NCBI GenBank assembly: GCA_002401855.1
Contig: NVUH01000008.1
Location: forward strand, 21,126-85,125
Source of the DNA: Hyphomicrobiales bacterium
GTDB lineage: Bacteria > Pseudomonadota > Alphaproteobacteria > Rhizobiales > OSC116
Length of the DNA: 64,000 nt
Direction of reading: 5' to 3'
The position numbers and the translations under genes are program-made. The notes below the pieces were generated by a model. The model searched no databases. It was given only the letters and a program-made list of their open reading frames with translations, and had not been told where the DNA came from. This document shows, in pieces, positions 28,309 through 37,034 of the stretch (within the stretch, counting starts at the first letter, position 1; every line of letters begins with the position of its first letter).

Positions 28309-29586
28309 CTATTGAGTTTGGCTACGCACTTGCGCATCAATGGCTTTTAAAGCCTCTTCAATAGGCATGCCATCTTTAATGGCTGGCAATAAAGCCACCA
28401 CAGCACTGTCAGCTTCTGGCGTATAAACACCATAATTAACCGCAGGGATTTCGCCTAACCATTCAGAGAAATTCTGCCATACAGGCTCGTTGTTAAAGAA
28501 CGGGTCTGGAGTTTGATAAGCATCACCATCACGCGAGGCCATTAATGAACCCACAGCACCACGGTCTTGCAAAATGGTTTGATAGAAACCAAGATCTTTG
28601 GCATAAATTTCGTCTAAGAAATCAATTGCGATGTCTTTTTCATCGGCTGTTTCCAACACATACCAGCTAGACCCACCAAGGTTAGAGGCATTTTTGCTGC
28701 CTTCAATGTCCAAACGCGGCACAGGTGCAACGCCCCATTTGCCCGATTGATCTGGTTGTGATTTCACCGTGCCGATCATCCACACACCAGACACCACAGA
28801 AGCGGTTTCGCCAGAGGTGAATGAGCCGACATATTCAGCCCAACCAGCAGCTGGTTTATACATATTGCTTTGTTGTAATTTTTGCTGAACTTCTAAAGAT
28901 TTGGCCAATGCTTCATTGCCAATAATGTTAAGCTCTTCGCCAGATTTGTCAAAATACCATTGACCGCCAGATTGCATCATAATGCGGGTTAAGCCAGCAT
29001 CATTAGGGTCAAGACCCATCATTTTATGCCCGGTTTTATCAACCACAGCTTGGCCAATCTCTAAATAACGATCCCAAGTGATATTTTGCATATCAGCAGG
29101 GCTGAAACCAGCTTCGGCTAAATAATCGATGCGGTAAAACAAGCCCGTAACACCCGAGTCAAATGGCATGCCATATACTTTGCCATCAACACTCATCAGC
29201 TCGACTTTATAAGGAGCAAATACCGAATGATCGACAACCGCGCCAATTTCTGCAAATGAGCCGGGGAAGGCTTGTAAATATCTTTGTGAGTAATAATCTT
29301 CAATCAACACAATGTCAGGCAATACATTGGTTGCGCCAGAAGCCAGAGCCACTTGCAATTTTTGTTCAACATCGGCTTTGGCAAAATCGACAATGTTAAA
29401 AGTTATGTCGGGGTGGGTTTTCGAGTATCGATCGGCCGCCTCTTGCATAATTTTAACGTTAAAATTAGGATCCCAGCACCAAATGGTCACTTCTTCAGCA
29501 CTTGCCACGTTGGCCGCGGCCAAACTTACGCTGGCAACCGCAAGTAATGAGATGCCTTTGAGCCATGTTTTGATTGGTTTTTTCAT
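28309..29586 (-). CDS. lacE: CUT1 ABC transporter substrate-binding protein
   Basis: 425 aa with signal peptide MKKPIKTWLKGISLLAVASVSLAAANVASA. First gene of the lac-like operon. Confidence 0.8.
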   Translation of the reverse strand: MKKPIKTWLKGISLLAVASVSLAAANVASAEEVTIWCWDPNFNVKIMQEAADRYSKTHPDITFNIVDFAKADVEQKLQVALASGATNVLPDIVLIEDYYSQRYLQAFPGSFAEIGAVVDHSVFAPYKVELMSVDGKVYGMPFDSGVTGLFYRIDYLAEAGFSPADMQNITWDRYLEIGQAVVDKTGHKMMGLDPNDAGLTRIMMQSGGQWYFDKSGEELNIIGNEALAKSLEVQQKLQQSNMYKPAAGWAEYVGSFTSGETASVVSGVWMIGTVKSQPDQSGKWGVAPVPRLDIEGSKNASNLGGSSWYVLETADEKDIAIDFLDEIYAKDLGFYQTILQDRGAVGSLMASRDGDAYQTPDPFFNNEPVWQNFSEWLGEIPAVNYGVYTPEADSAVVALLPAIKDGMPIEEALKAIDAQVRSQTQ

Positions 29587-29859
29587 TATTTCCTCCCTGA
29601 AATAATATGAATTAATGTCACTATTAAAATGAAGAAATTACCGACCCAGTTTTAGAACGGTTCTAGTCATTCATTCTCACCAATGGTATTGAGTCAATGG
29701 ATATCATGTCAAATTCGGATTTAACGAGTGGATATAACAAAAATATTATGTCAAGAATGATATGTAAATTTAGCTATATCAAAATTACGGATTTAAATTT
29801 GACAATTAACCCGTTCTGATTTCTCTTTACAAGTTCAAACATAAAGAGGGAACATACTT

Positions 29860-31875
29860 ATGACCATAACCAAATGGGGCATTATCGGCCCGGGCGGCAT
29901 CGCGCATAATTTCGCCGATGGCTTAAAAGAAGCCACATCAGGAACGCTCATCGCCATTGGCAGCCGCTCAGCAGAAAGACGCGCCACATTTGGCGATGAT
30001 TATAACATCGCCACCGACAAACGCTATGCAACCTATAAAGCCCTAGTTGCCGATCCCGAAATTGATGCCATTTATGTATCCACCCCTCACCCGTGGCACG
30101 CCAATTTGGCCATACTCGCCATGCGCGCAGGCAAAGCTGTGTTGGTCGAAAAACCTGCGGGCATGTGCGCTGCCGAAGTGATCACCATGACCGAGATTGC
30201 CACGCAAGAAAATGTATTTTTTATGGAAGCCTTTATGTATCGCTGCCATCCACAAATCGCGAGGGTGCTCGAGATTATCAAATCTGGCGAGATTGGCGAA
30301 ATTAATCACATTAAAACCCATTTCGGCTTCCATGCAGGGTTTGACCCTGAGTCTAGGCTTTACAAAGCGGCATTAGGCGGCGGCGGTATTTTGGATGTTG
30401 GCGGTTATCCTGCTTCGTTAGCGCGGCTCATCGCAGGCGCGGCGATTGACAAGCCGTTCGATAACCCGACAGTGGTTAAAGGCAACGGCATAATCGGCCA
30501 AACAGGCGTTGATGAAGTGGCCTATGGCTTGCTCAAATTTGCCAGTGGTTTTACTGCCGAAATTGCTGTAGCGATTGCCCGCAATATGGACAATAGAGCG
30601 ATTGTTTATGGCACAAAAGGCAGCATCCGCATTGATGACCCATGGGTACCAGGGCGCAACGCTGGGCCTTCGGACACCACATTAGAGGTTACGGTTGAAG
30701 GCAATGCCCGCACCGAGCAGCTTCGGAATAAAGAGCATCTTTTTGCGTTCGAGGCCGAGTTGGTTTCAAAATCCATCGCCCAAGGTTTAAAACAAGCCCC
30801 CCACCCTGCACCAAACCATGCCGATTCAATCGGCAATAACCAGCTGTTAGATGCATGGCGTAAAGAAATTGGCTATGCAGCAATTGGCGAAACGCCTGCC
30901 ACCATCCGCCAGCTAAATGGCGTCGTGCCCGAGGGCTTGCCTGCCATGCCCAAAATTAAAATTGATGGCATCAAAACCCCCATATCGCAACTCATTTTAG
31001 GCTGCGACAACCGCGACACGTTGGCGGATGGCACAATTGTTTGGGATGCATGGTTGGAAGCCGGCGGCAACGCCTTTGACACGGCGTTTATTTATGGCAA
31101 TGGGCAGCACGAAAAACTACTAGGCGATTGGATTAAGGCACGCGGTGTTGCCGATCAAATCAATATCGTGGCCAAAGGCGCACATTCGCCCTATTGCACA
31201 CCGCGCACCATCACCACGCAATTAGATATCTCACTTGAACGTTTAGGTTTAGACTCAGTGCCGATTTACATTATGCACCGTGACAATCCCAATGTACCGG
31301 TTGGCGAATTTATCGATGCGTTAAATAAATTACATGATGCTGGCAAAATTGGTATTTTCGGTGGCTCAAATTGGTCAATCAAACGTTTCAATGAAGCCAA
31401 TGATTATGCCGCGAAGAACAACTTACAACCGATGAAAATCCTCAACAATAATTTGTCATTGGCAGTGATGGAAAGACCTGTGTGGGATGAATGCATCTCG
31501 TCTAACAATGTTGCAACACTCAATTTCTTACGTAATAATGATATAATGCATCTATCTTGGTCCTCACAAGCGCGCGGCTTTTTCTTGCCCGAAAATATCC
31601 GCAGCAAATTACCCGATGAGTCTGGCCCTGAGCAATGTTTCGGGTCTGCCGCAAACGAGGAGCGCCGCAAACGCGCCGAAACCATCGCCGCAGAACATAG
31701 CGTTTCCACCCATAATGTCGCCACGGCATGGGTGCTTGGCCAAAGCTTTCCTTCCTTCGCGCTCATCGGGCCGCGCAGCCCCGGCGAAATCGTCTCAACT
31801 ATGGCGGGTGTCAATCTCAACTTAAGCACAGCAGACATCGCATGGCTGAATTTAGAAAGCGATGCACGATCATAA
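29860..31875 (+). CDS. Two-domain oxidoreductase: N-terminal Gfo/Idh/MocA domain fused to C-terminal aldo/keto reductase domain
   Basis: Residues 1 to about 340 carry a Rossmann start (WGIIGPGGIAHNF) and an EKP motif (VLVEKPAGM). Residues from about 365 onward look like an AKR (LGCDN..., AFDTAFIYGNGQHEKLLG, IFGGSNW). It is a single uninterrupted 671-aa ORF. Confidence 0.8.
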   Translation: MTITKWGIIGPGGIAHNFADGLKEATSGTLIAIGSRSAERRATFGDDYNIATDKRYATYKALVADPEIDAIYVSTPHPWHANLAILAMRAGKAVLVEKPAGMCAAEVITMTEIATQENVFFMEAFMYRCHPQIARVLEIIKSGEIGEINHIKTHFGFHAGFDPESRLYKAALGGGGILDVGGYPASLARLIAGAAIDKPFDNPTVVKGNGIIGQTGVDEVAYGLLKFASGFTAEIAVAIARNMDNRAIVYGTKGSIRIDDPWVPGRNAGPSDTTLEVTVEGNARTEQLRNKEHLFAFEAELVSKSIAQGLKQAPHPAPNHADSIGNNQLLDAWRKEIGYAAIGETPATIRQLNGVVPEGLPAMPKIKIDGIKTPISQLILGCDNRDTLADGTIVWDAWLEAGGNAFDTAFIYGNGQHEKLLGDWIKARGVADQINIVAKGAHSPYCTPRTITTQLDISLERLGLDSVPIYIMHRDNPNVPVGEFIDALNKLHDAGKIGIFGGSNWSIKRFNEANDYAAKNNLQPMKILNNNLSLAVMERPVWDECISSNNVATLNFLRNNDIMHLSWSSQARGFFLPENIRSKLPDESGPEQCFGSAANEERRKRAETIAAEHSVSTHNVATAWVLGQSFPSFALIGPRSPGEIVSTMAGVNLNLSTADIAWLNLESDARS

Positions 31876-31882
31876 AGCAAAA

Positions 31883-31907
31883 AAGGGCGGCCAATTAAAC
31901 CGCCCTT
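31883..31907 (+). terminator. Rho-independent terminator candidate
   Basis: AAGGGCGG-N9-CCGCCCTT, 8 nt after the stop of the fusion gene. The T-tract is weak. Confidence 0.55.
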
Positions 31908-32009
31908 CATTCATTGTCTATTTCGCATTGTCTATTACGAAATGTTTATTATGCAATTGATTTTAATGATGATATAATTTCAAACGAATCCAAATAATCG
32001 AATGAAATT

Positions 32010-32468
32010 ATGCCCTCAAATATCACCATCTATATCGATGCCGACGCCTGCCCCGTTAAAGACGAGATTCTAAAAGTCTCCTACCGCCACAAATTAAAAG
32101 TCTTCATGGTCAGTAACCAATGGATGCGTCTAGAAGTTGGCAAATTGGTTGAAAAAATTGTGGTGTCCGAAGGCGCTGATGAAGCCGATAACTGGATTGC
32201 CGAACATATTGGCGCGCAAGGCATCTGCATCACCGCCGACATTCCACTGGCCAAACGTTGCCTCGATCAAGGCGCCCTCGTCCTAGGCCCGACAGGCAAA
32301 CCATTCTCAACCGAAAATATTGGCATGGCGCTCGCCATGCGCGAGCTAAACCAACATTTACGCGAAACAGGCGAAAGCAAAGGCTACAACCCCAGTTTTA
32401 CCAAGGCTGACCGCTCACAATTCCTACAAGCGCTGGAAAGCGCCATCCAAAAGCTAATCAATCGCTAA
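32010..32468 (+). CDS. YaiI/YqxD-family protein (UPF0178)
   Basis: 152 aa. ITIYIDADACPVKDEI is the characteristic family start. Confidence 0.8.
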   Translation: MPSNITIYIDADACPVKDEILKVSYRHKLKVFMVSNQWMRLEVGKLVEKIVVSEGADEADNWIAEHIGAQGICITADIPLAKRCLDQGALVLGPTGKPFSTENIGMALAMRELNQHLRETGESKGYNPSFTKADRSQFLQALESAIQKLINR

Positions 32469-33409
32469 CCTAATTCACGACCTATTCTCACCGCCCGCTC
32501 TAACCTTGGCGTTGCAATATTTTGATCTTTCGCATAATTAAGCAAAACCTCGCAGGTGGTTAGAACATCTTGCGGATTTGAATGGCTTTCCACCATAATT
32601 TTCAAAGGCTTATAAAATTTCCACCCTGCCCATAACAAGCCACTGCCAAACCATGTTGGCAATTTCATCAATGCAATTTCAGACCTATGTAATTTAAAAT
32701 CGACACCACGTGCCTTCAGCAATGGCAATAATTCTCGGCTATTGAGAATAACATTCTTACGATGCTTGGCATGTTCAAACACCGCGGAACCAGAACCTGC
32801 CAATATTTGCTCAATGTGCATGCCACCATTGAAAATAAAATGCACCAATAACCAGCCCCTCATGTCTGCCTGCTCCGAAATTTTAAACCCAACCTGTTCA
32901 AATAGCGTTCTGGCTTCAATTTCGCGGGTATTGAGCGATGGGTTAAAACTACCAAACATCACTGCACCCATTAACAAGCCCCGCAATTTGCCGTTAGGAA
33001 AACCGCCTCCACCCTGCGGAAACCCCCAAACCACTTGATCTGTAGGAAAGCCATGCGCCGTTTTCAACGGTTCATCCCAAAAATTATTAAATATCAACAA
33101 TGTCGCATTGCCAAGCCTCGGGGCAAGATATTGGGCAGCGGCGGCAAAACTATGGTGTGACACACTGACAATGATCAAATCAAAATCATGATCATCATCT
33201 AGTGTGGTGATCAATTTTGTCGGCAGAGTTTCTACAACCTGTTTTTTTGCGCTTTTGCTTCGTGCATCATATATTTCAACATCAACAGTCTCGCCATATT
33301 GTTTTAAACGAGCGGGACGCACAAAATACTCCACTTCGTGTCCAGCATTTGCAAACGCCCAGCCATACAAAGTCGAAATTACACCACGTCCAAACATTAG
33401 AATTTTCAT
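32465..33409 (-). CDS. Ketopantoate-reductase-like (ApbA/PanE family) NAD(P)-dependent oxidoreductase
   Basis: 314 aa with a Rossmann N-terminus MKILMFGRGVISTLYGWAFANAGHEV. Confidence 0.65.
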   Translation of the reverse strand: MKILMFGRGVISTLYGWAFANAGHEVEYFVRPARLKQYGETVDVEIYDARSKSAKKQVVETLPTKLITTLDDDHDFDLIIVSVSHHSFAAAAQYLAPRLGNATLLIFNNFWDEPLKTAHGFPTDQVVWGFPQGGGGFPNGKLRGLLMGAVMFGSFNPSLNTREIEARTLFEQVGFKISEQADMRGWLLVHFIFNGGMHIEQILAGSGSAVFEHAKHRKNVILNSRELLPLLKARGVDFKLHRSEIALMKLPTWFGSGLLWAGWKFYKPLKIMVESHSNPQDVLTTCEVLLNYAKDQNIATPRLERAVRIGRELG

Positions 33410-33452
33410 TTCTTTGCCTTTTTTGTTAAGTTAAATATAAATATATAACTTG

Positions 33453-33469
33453 CTTGTTATAATAACAAG
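33453..33469. promoter_or_regulatory. Candidate TetR operator (CTTGTTAT-A-ATAACAAG)
   Basis: Perfect 8-bp inverted arms, 44-60 nt upstream of the KPR-like start and immediately downstream of the TetR gene. Confidence 0.5.
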
Positions 33470-33527
33470 TATTTTAACAAGGAAATAACTCAATATAGTT
33501 AAATTTAAAAAGGGCTGTTATTAGGGC

Positions 33528-34145
33528 TTAAACAACCTCAATGCCATTTAATATAAGCTTGATTAATTCTTGTCCAGTTTTTTTCGGATCAATCTGGTCA
33601 TCACTAAGCGCCATCTGAATGACAGTGCATATCGTTTTTATCAAAATTCGACTGATCAATTTAGGGTCAATGTCTTGGCGAATATAACCATCAATCATGC
33701 CTTGGCGCAAATCATTCTCTATATTGTCAATGGTCCGATTGCAAAACGCCTCCAACTCTTCAAAAGCCAGAAATTTTCCGCTTGTATCCGACAGAATGAT
33801 CAGCAAAACCCGCGAATATATCATATCTTCATCAGATATATCAAATGCCTTTTCAATGGTTTTTACCAACGAAGACAGGTCTTTTTTAGGTTCGGGTATT
33901 TCTTGATTGTTATTAAACTCATCAATTATAAACTTAACCAGCTGCTTCTGAAAATTATCTTTAGATCCAAAATAATGCGCAGGCAAACCGCGGCTAAACC
34001 CCGCCAACTCACCCAACTCAGCCAACGAAAACCCATCAAGCCCTTTTTCAGATGCCAAGCGAACACCCGCCACAAAAAGCCGCCTTTCGGCCGCCTCGCG
34101 TCTTTCACCTTGGGTTCTTTTTTTAGGTTGCTCATTCATGTGCAT
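33528..34145 (-). CDS. TetR-family transcriptional regulator
   Basis: 205 aa. HTH region FVAGVRLASEKGLDGFSLAELGELAGFSRGLPAHYF. Confidence 0.85.
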   Translation of the reverse strand: MHMNEQPKKRTQGERREAAERRLFVAGVRLASEKGLDGFSLAELGELAGFSRGLPAHYFGSKDNFQKQLVKFIIDEFNNNQEIPEPKKDLSSLVKTIEKAFDISDEDMIYSRVLLIILSDTSGKFLAFEELEAFCNRTIDNIENDLRQGMIDGYIRQDIDPKLISRILIKTICTVIQMALSDDQIDPKKTGQELIKLILNGIEVV

Positions 34146-34165
34146 CAGTTTTTACATGATTTTAG

Positions 34166-35224
34166 CTATTTGTCGAGCGTCAAACGTATCCCGTCAGAAT
34201 CAAACAAATGGGCAGCGCTTACATTAAATTCCAATCCAAACTTATCGCCAATATTCAGCTCAGTATTGCCATGATGACGTATCAGCACCTGCCCCAACCC
34301 GTCAACTTGCGTATAAATGTTAGAATCCGAACCCAAACGCTCCACCACCTCCGCAGTGCCAACCACATGGCCTTTATCCTGCGCCACAATGGCAATATGC
34401 TCAGGCCGAATACCAAAACTCACTGCCGCGCCCCCACCGCTCATGCCAATCAAAGCGCCGTTAACCAGCTGTAATTCCGCGCCAACCCGTTTCACGTCAA
34501 AAATATTCATCGTGGGAGATCCAATAAAATTAGCGACAAACAGGTTAGCTGGAGATTGGTAAAGCTCTAATGGCTTACCAATCTGTTGTATTTTTCCTTC
34601 ATTTAACACCACAATGCGGTCGGCTAAAGTCAGCGCTTCAACCTGATCATGAGTCACATAAATCATCGTCGCGCCCAAACGCTGGTGCAATTTGGCAATT
34701 TCAAGCCGCATCTCAACCCGCAAAGCAGCATCCAAATTCGACAACGGTTCATCAAACAAAAACGCTTTGGGGTCACGCGCAATGGCGCGCCCCATCGCAA
34801 CACGCTGTCTTTGTCCCCCAGACAACGCCTTGGGCAATCGATCAAGCAAGCCCTTCAGACCCAATGTATCAGCCGATTTTTGAGTGCGCTGGTCAATAAT
34901 TTGCGCTTTTTCTCCGCGTATTTCTAAGCTAAAGCCCATATTACGCGCCACATCCATATGTGGGTAAAGCGCATAAGATTGAAACACCATGGCGATGTCA
35001 CGGTCACGCGGCGCCAGCTCATTGACCAGCTCATCATCAAATAGCAAATCACCCGCAGTGATCGGCTCAAGCCCCGCAATCATCCGCAAAAGCGTCGATT
35101 TCCCGCAGCCCGAAGGTCCGACCAAAACAATGAATTCACCATCTTGTATCTCAAGATTAATGTCATTCATCACCTCGACATCACCATAAGATTTAGATAT
35201 TCTACGAAGTTGAATATTGGACAT
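34166..35224 (-). CDS. Sugar-type ABC transporter ATP-binding protein
   Basis: GPSGCGKST, LSGGQRQRV, FLFDEP and a MalK-like C-terminal domain. Confidence 0.9.
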   Translation of the reverse strand: MSNIQLRRISKSYGDVEVMNDINLEIQDGEFIVLVGPSGCGKSTLLRMIAGLEPITAGDLLFDDELVNELAPRDRDIAMVFQSYALYPHMDVARNMGFSLEIRGEKAQIIDQRTQKSADTLGLKGLLDRLPKALSGGQRQRVAMGRAIARDPKAFLFDEPLSNLDAALRVEMRLEIAKLHQRLGATMIYVTHDQVEALTLADRIVVLNEGKIQQIGKPLELYQSPANLFVANFIGSPTMNIFDVKRVGAELQLVNGALIGMSGGGAAVSFGIRPEHIAIVAQDKGHVVGTAEVVERLGSDSNIYTQVDGLGQVLIRHHGNTELNIGDKFGLEFNVSAAHLFDSDGIRLTLDK

Positions 35225-35236
35225 TTTTGCTCCTCC

Positions 35237-36079
35237 CTAACCTTTCACCGCGCCAGATGTTAAACCCTGCACCAAATAACGTTGTATGAAGATAAAAAAC
35301 AAACAGCTCGGCACCAGCGCAAACACACCCGCCGCCATCATCTGCCCCCAATCGACCGAGAATTTAGACACAAAGGTCAACAGCCCGACAGGGAAGGTCA
35401 TTTTATCGTTAGAATTGATCAGCATGATGGCGAATAACAGTTCGCTCCACGCGGCGGTAAATACAAAACCCAAGGTCGCCGCAAGGCCAGGCAAAGTGAG
35501 CGGAAAGACGACTTTACGCACTGCCTGCAGCCGCGTACAGCCGTCTATCATCGCGGCTTCCTCTAGATCTTTAGGTATGCCATCAAAAAACGACTGCATT
35601 AAAAATGTCGCAAAAGGCACATTAAACGCCGTGTAAACCACAATCAGGCTGGTCAAAGTGTTGAGTAAGCCCATGCCCGATATAATCCGATATATCGGCG
35701 CAATAATAATTAGCAACGGAAACATCTGCGTGATCAACATAATGCCAATGATGATTTTTTTACCCCTAAATTGAAAGCGCGAAAAAGCATAACCCGCCGC
35801 CGCCGCAAGTACCGTGGTCAACGCCGCTGTGCCAAACGAAACAAATATACTATTTTTGAAATAAATCAAAAAATCAGTATAAAGCAACACCGATTTAAAA
35901 TTATCAAGGGTAAATTCAGACGGCCACAAAGCTACCCCATCGCTATAAATAAGCTTTTCAGGTGTGACAGAAATTTTCAACAACCAATAAAGCGGAAATA
36001 ACGCAAAGGCTAAATAAAGCGCCAGCACAATATATTTACTGATCGTCCAACCGACTGCTGGCTTGGCAAAAACACTCAT
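35237..36079 (-). CDS. CUT1 ABC transporter permease
   Basis: 280-aa polytopic ORF with an EAA-like loop (LEEAAMIDGCTRL). Confidence 0.85.
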   Translation of the reverse strand: MSVFAKPAVGWTISKYIVLALYLAFALFPLYWLLKISVTPEKLIYSDGVALWPSEFTLDNFKSVLLYTDFLIYFKNSIFVSFGTAALTTVLAAAAGYAFSRFQFRGKKIIIGIMLITQMFPLLIIIAPIYRIISGMGLLNTLTSLIVVYTAFNVPFATFLMQSFFDGIPKDLEEAAMIDGCTRLQAVRKVVFPLTLPGLAATLGFVFTAAWSELLFAIMLINSNDKMTFPVGLLTFVSKFSVDWGQMMAAGVFALVPSCLFFIFIQRYLVQGLTSGAVKG

Positions 36080-36080
36080 A

Positions 36081-37034
36081 TCAATTCACCCTGACAAATT
36101 TTTGGCGCATTTTTAACAATAAAGTTGCGAAGATTAACAGCAAAACCAACAACACCACCGAAACCGCTGATGCATAACCAAAATCCAGCTTTTTAAACGC
36201 GGTGAGAAAAATATAAGTCGAAAGAATTTGCGTAGAATTTGCAGGGCCACCACTGGTCATCACATAAATAAAATCAGCAAAATTAGCAATCCAAACGGTG
36301 CGCAACATCACGGTAATCACAATCATCGGCGCTAAAAATGGCAGCGTGATTTTAGAAAAAACTTGCCATTTGGATGCACCATCAATCGCCGCTGCTTCAT
36401 ACATTTCATCAGGAATTGATTGCAAAGCAGCCAATAATGTAATGGCAAAAAACGGAATGCCAAACCACACATTGGCGGCAATCGGCCCATACATGGCGAT
36501 GCTCGGATCGGCCAATATATTATACGGCTCATCCAATATCCCAAGCGCAAACATCCAATGCGACAAAGGCCCAATCACAGGGTTAAACAACCACGCCCAC
36601 GTCAGAGCCGATAAAAATGTTGGCACCGCCCACGGCAAAAATATAAGCGCTTGAAAGAATTTTTGCCCCTTAAAACCAGCTTTTAACAGCATGGCCAAAC
36701 CAAGGCCTAACGAGAATTGCAAAATAACCGAGGTGAACGTCCACCAAAAGGTATTGCGCAAGGATTTATAGAATTTACGGTCTTGATAAATATCTTCAAA
36801 ATGTTCAAAGCCAATCCAACCCGTGTCAGAAGGCCGAAATAGAGAAATAGATTGAAAGGCATATGAAATACCAATCACCAAGGGCACAAAAATCACCAAA
36901 CATATCAAGATAATGCTCGGCGATAAATATAAAAACGGCTCTAACTTTGGTGATTTAAAAATCTTCCACCCCTGACCTTTTTGGTCAGGAGCAAAATTTT
37001 TGTTGGTGGTTAAACTCATTGAGTTTTCATCCAT
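36081..37034 (-). CDS. CUT1 ABC transporter permease
   Basis: 317-aa polytopic ORF with an EAA-like loop (MYEAAAIDGASKW). An alternative start at 37019 forms an ATGA overlap with the SBP stop. Confidence 0.85.
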   Translation of the reverse strand: MDENSMSLTTNKNFAPDQKGQGWKIFKSPKLEPFLYLSPSIILICLVIFVPLVIGISYAFQSISLFRPSDTGWIGFEHFEDIYQDRKFYKSLRNTFWWTFTSVILQFSLGLGLAMLLKAGFKGQKFFQALIFLPWAVPTFLSALTWAWLFNPVIGPLSHWMFALGILDEPYNILADPSIAMYGPIAANVWFGIPFFAITLLAALQSIPDEMYEAAAIDGASKWQVFSKITLPFLAPMIVITVMLRTVWIANFADFIYVMTSGGPANSTQILSTYIFLTAFKKLDFGYASAVSVVLLVLLLIFATLLLKMRQKFVRVN

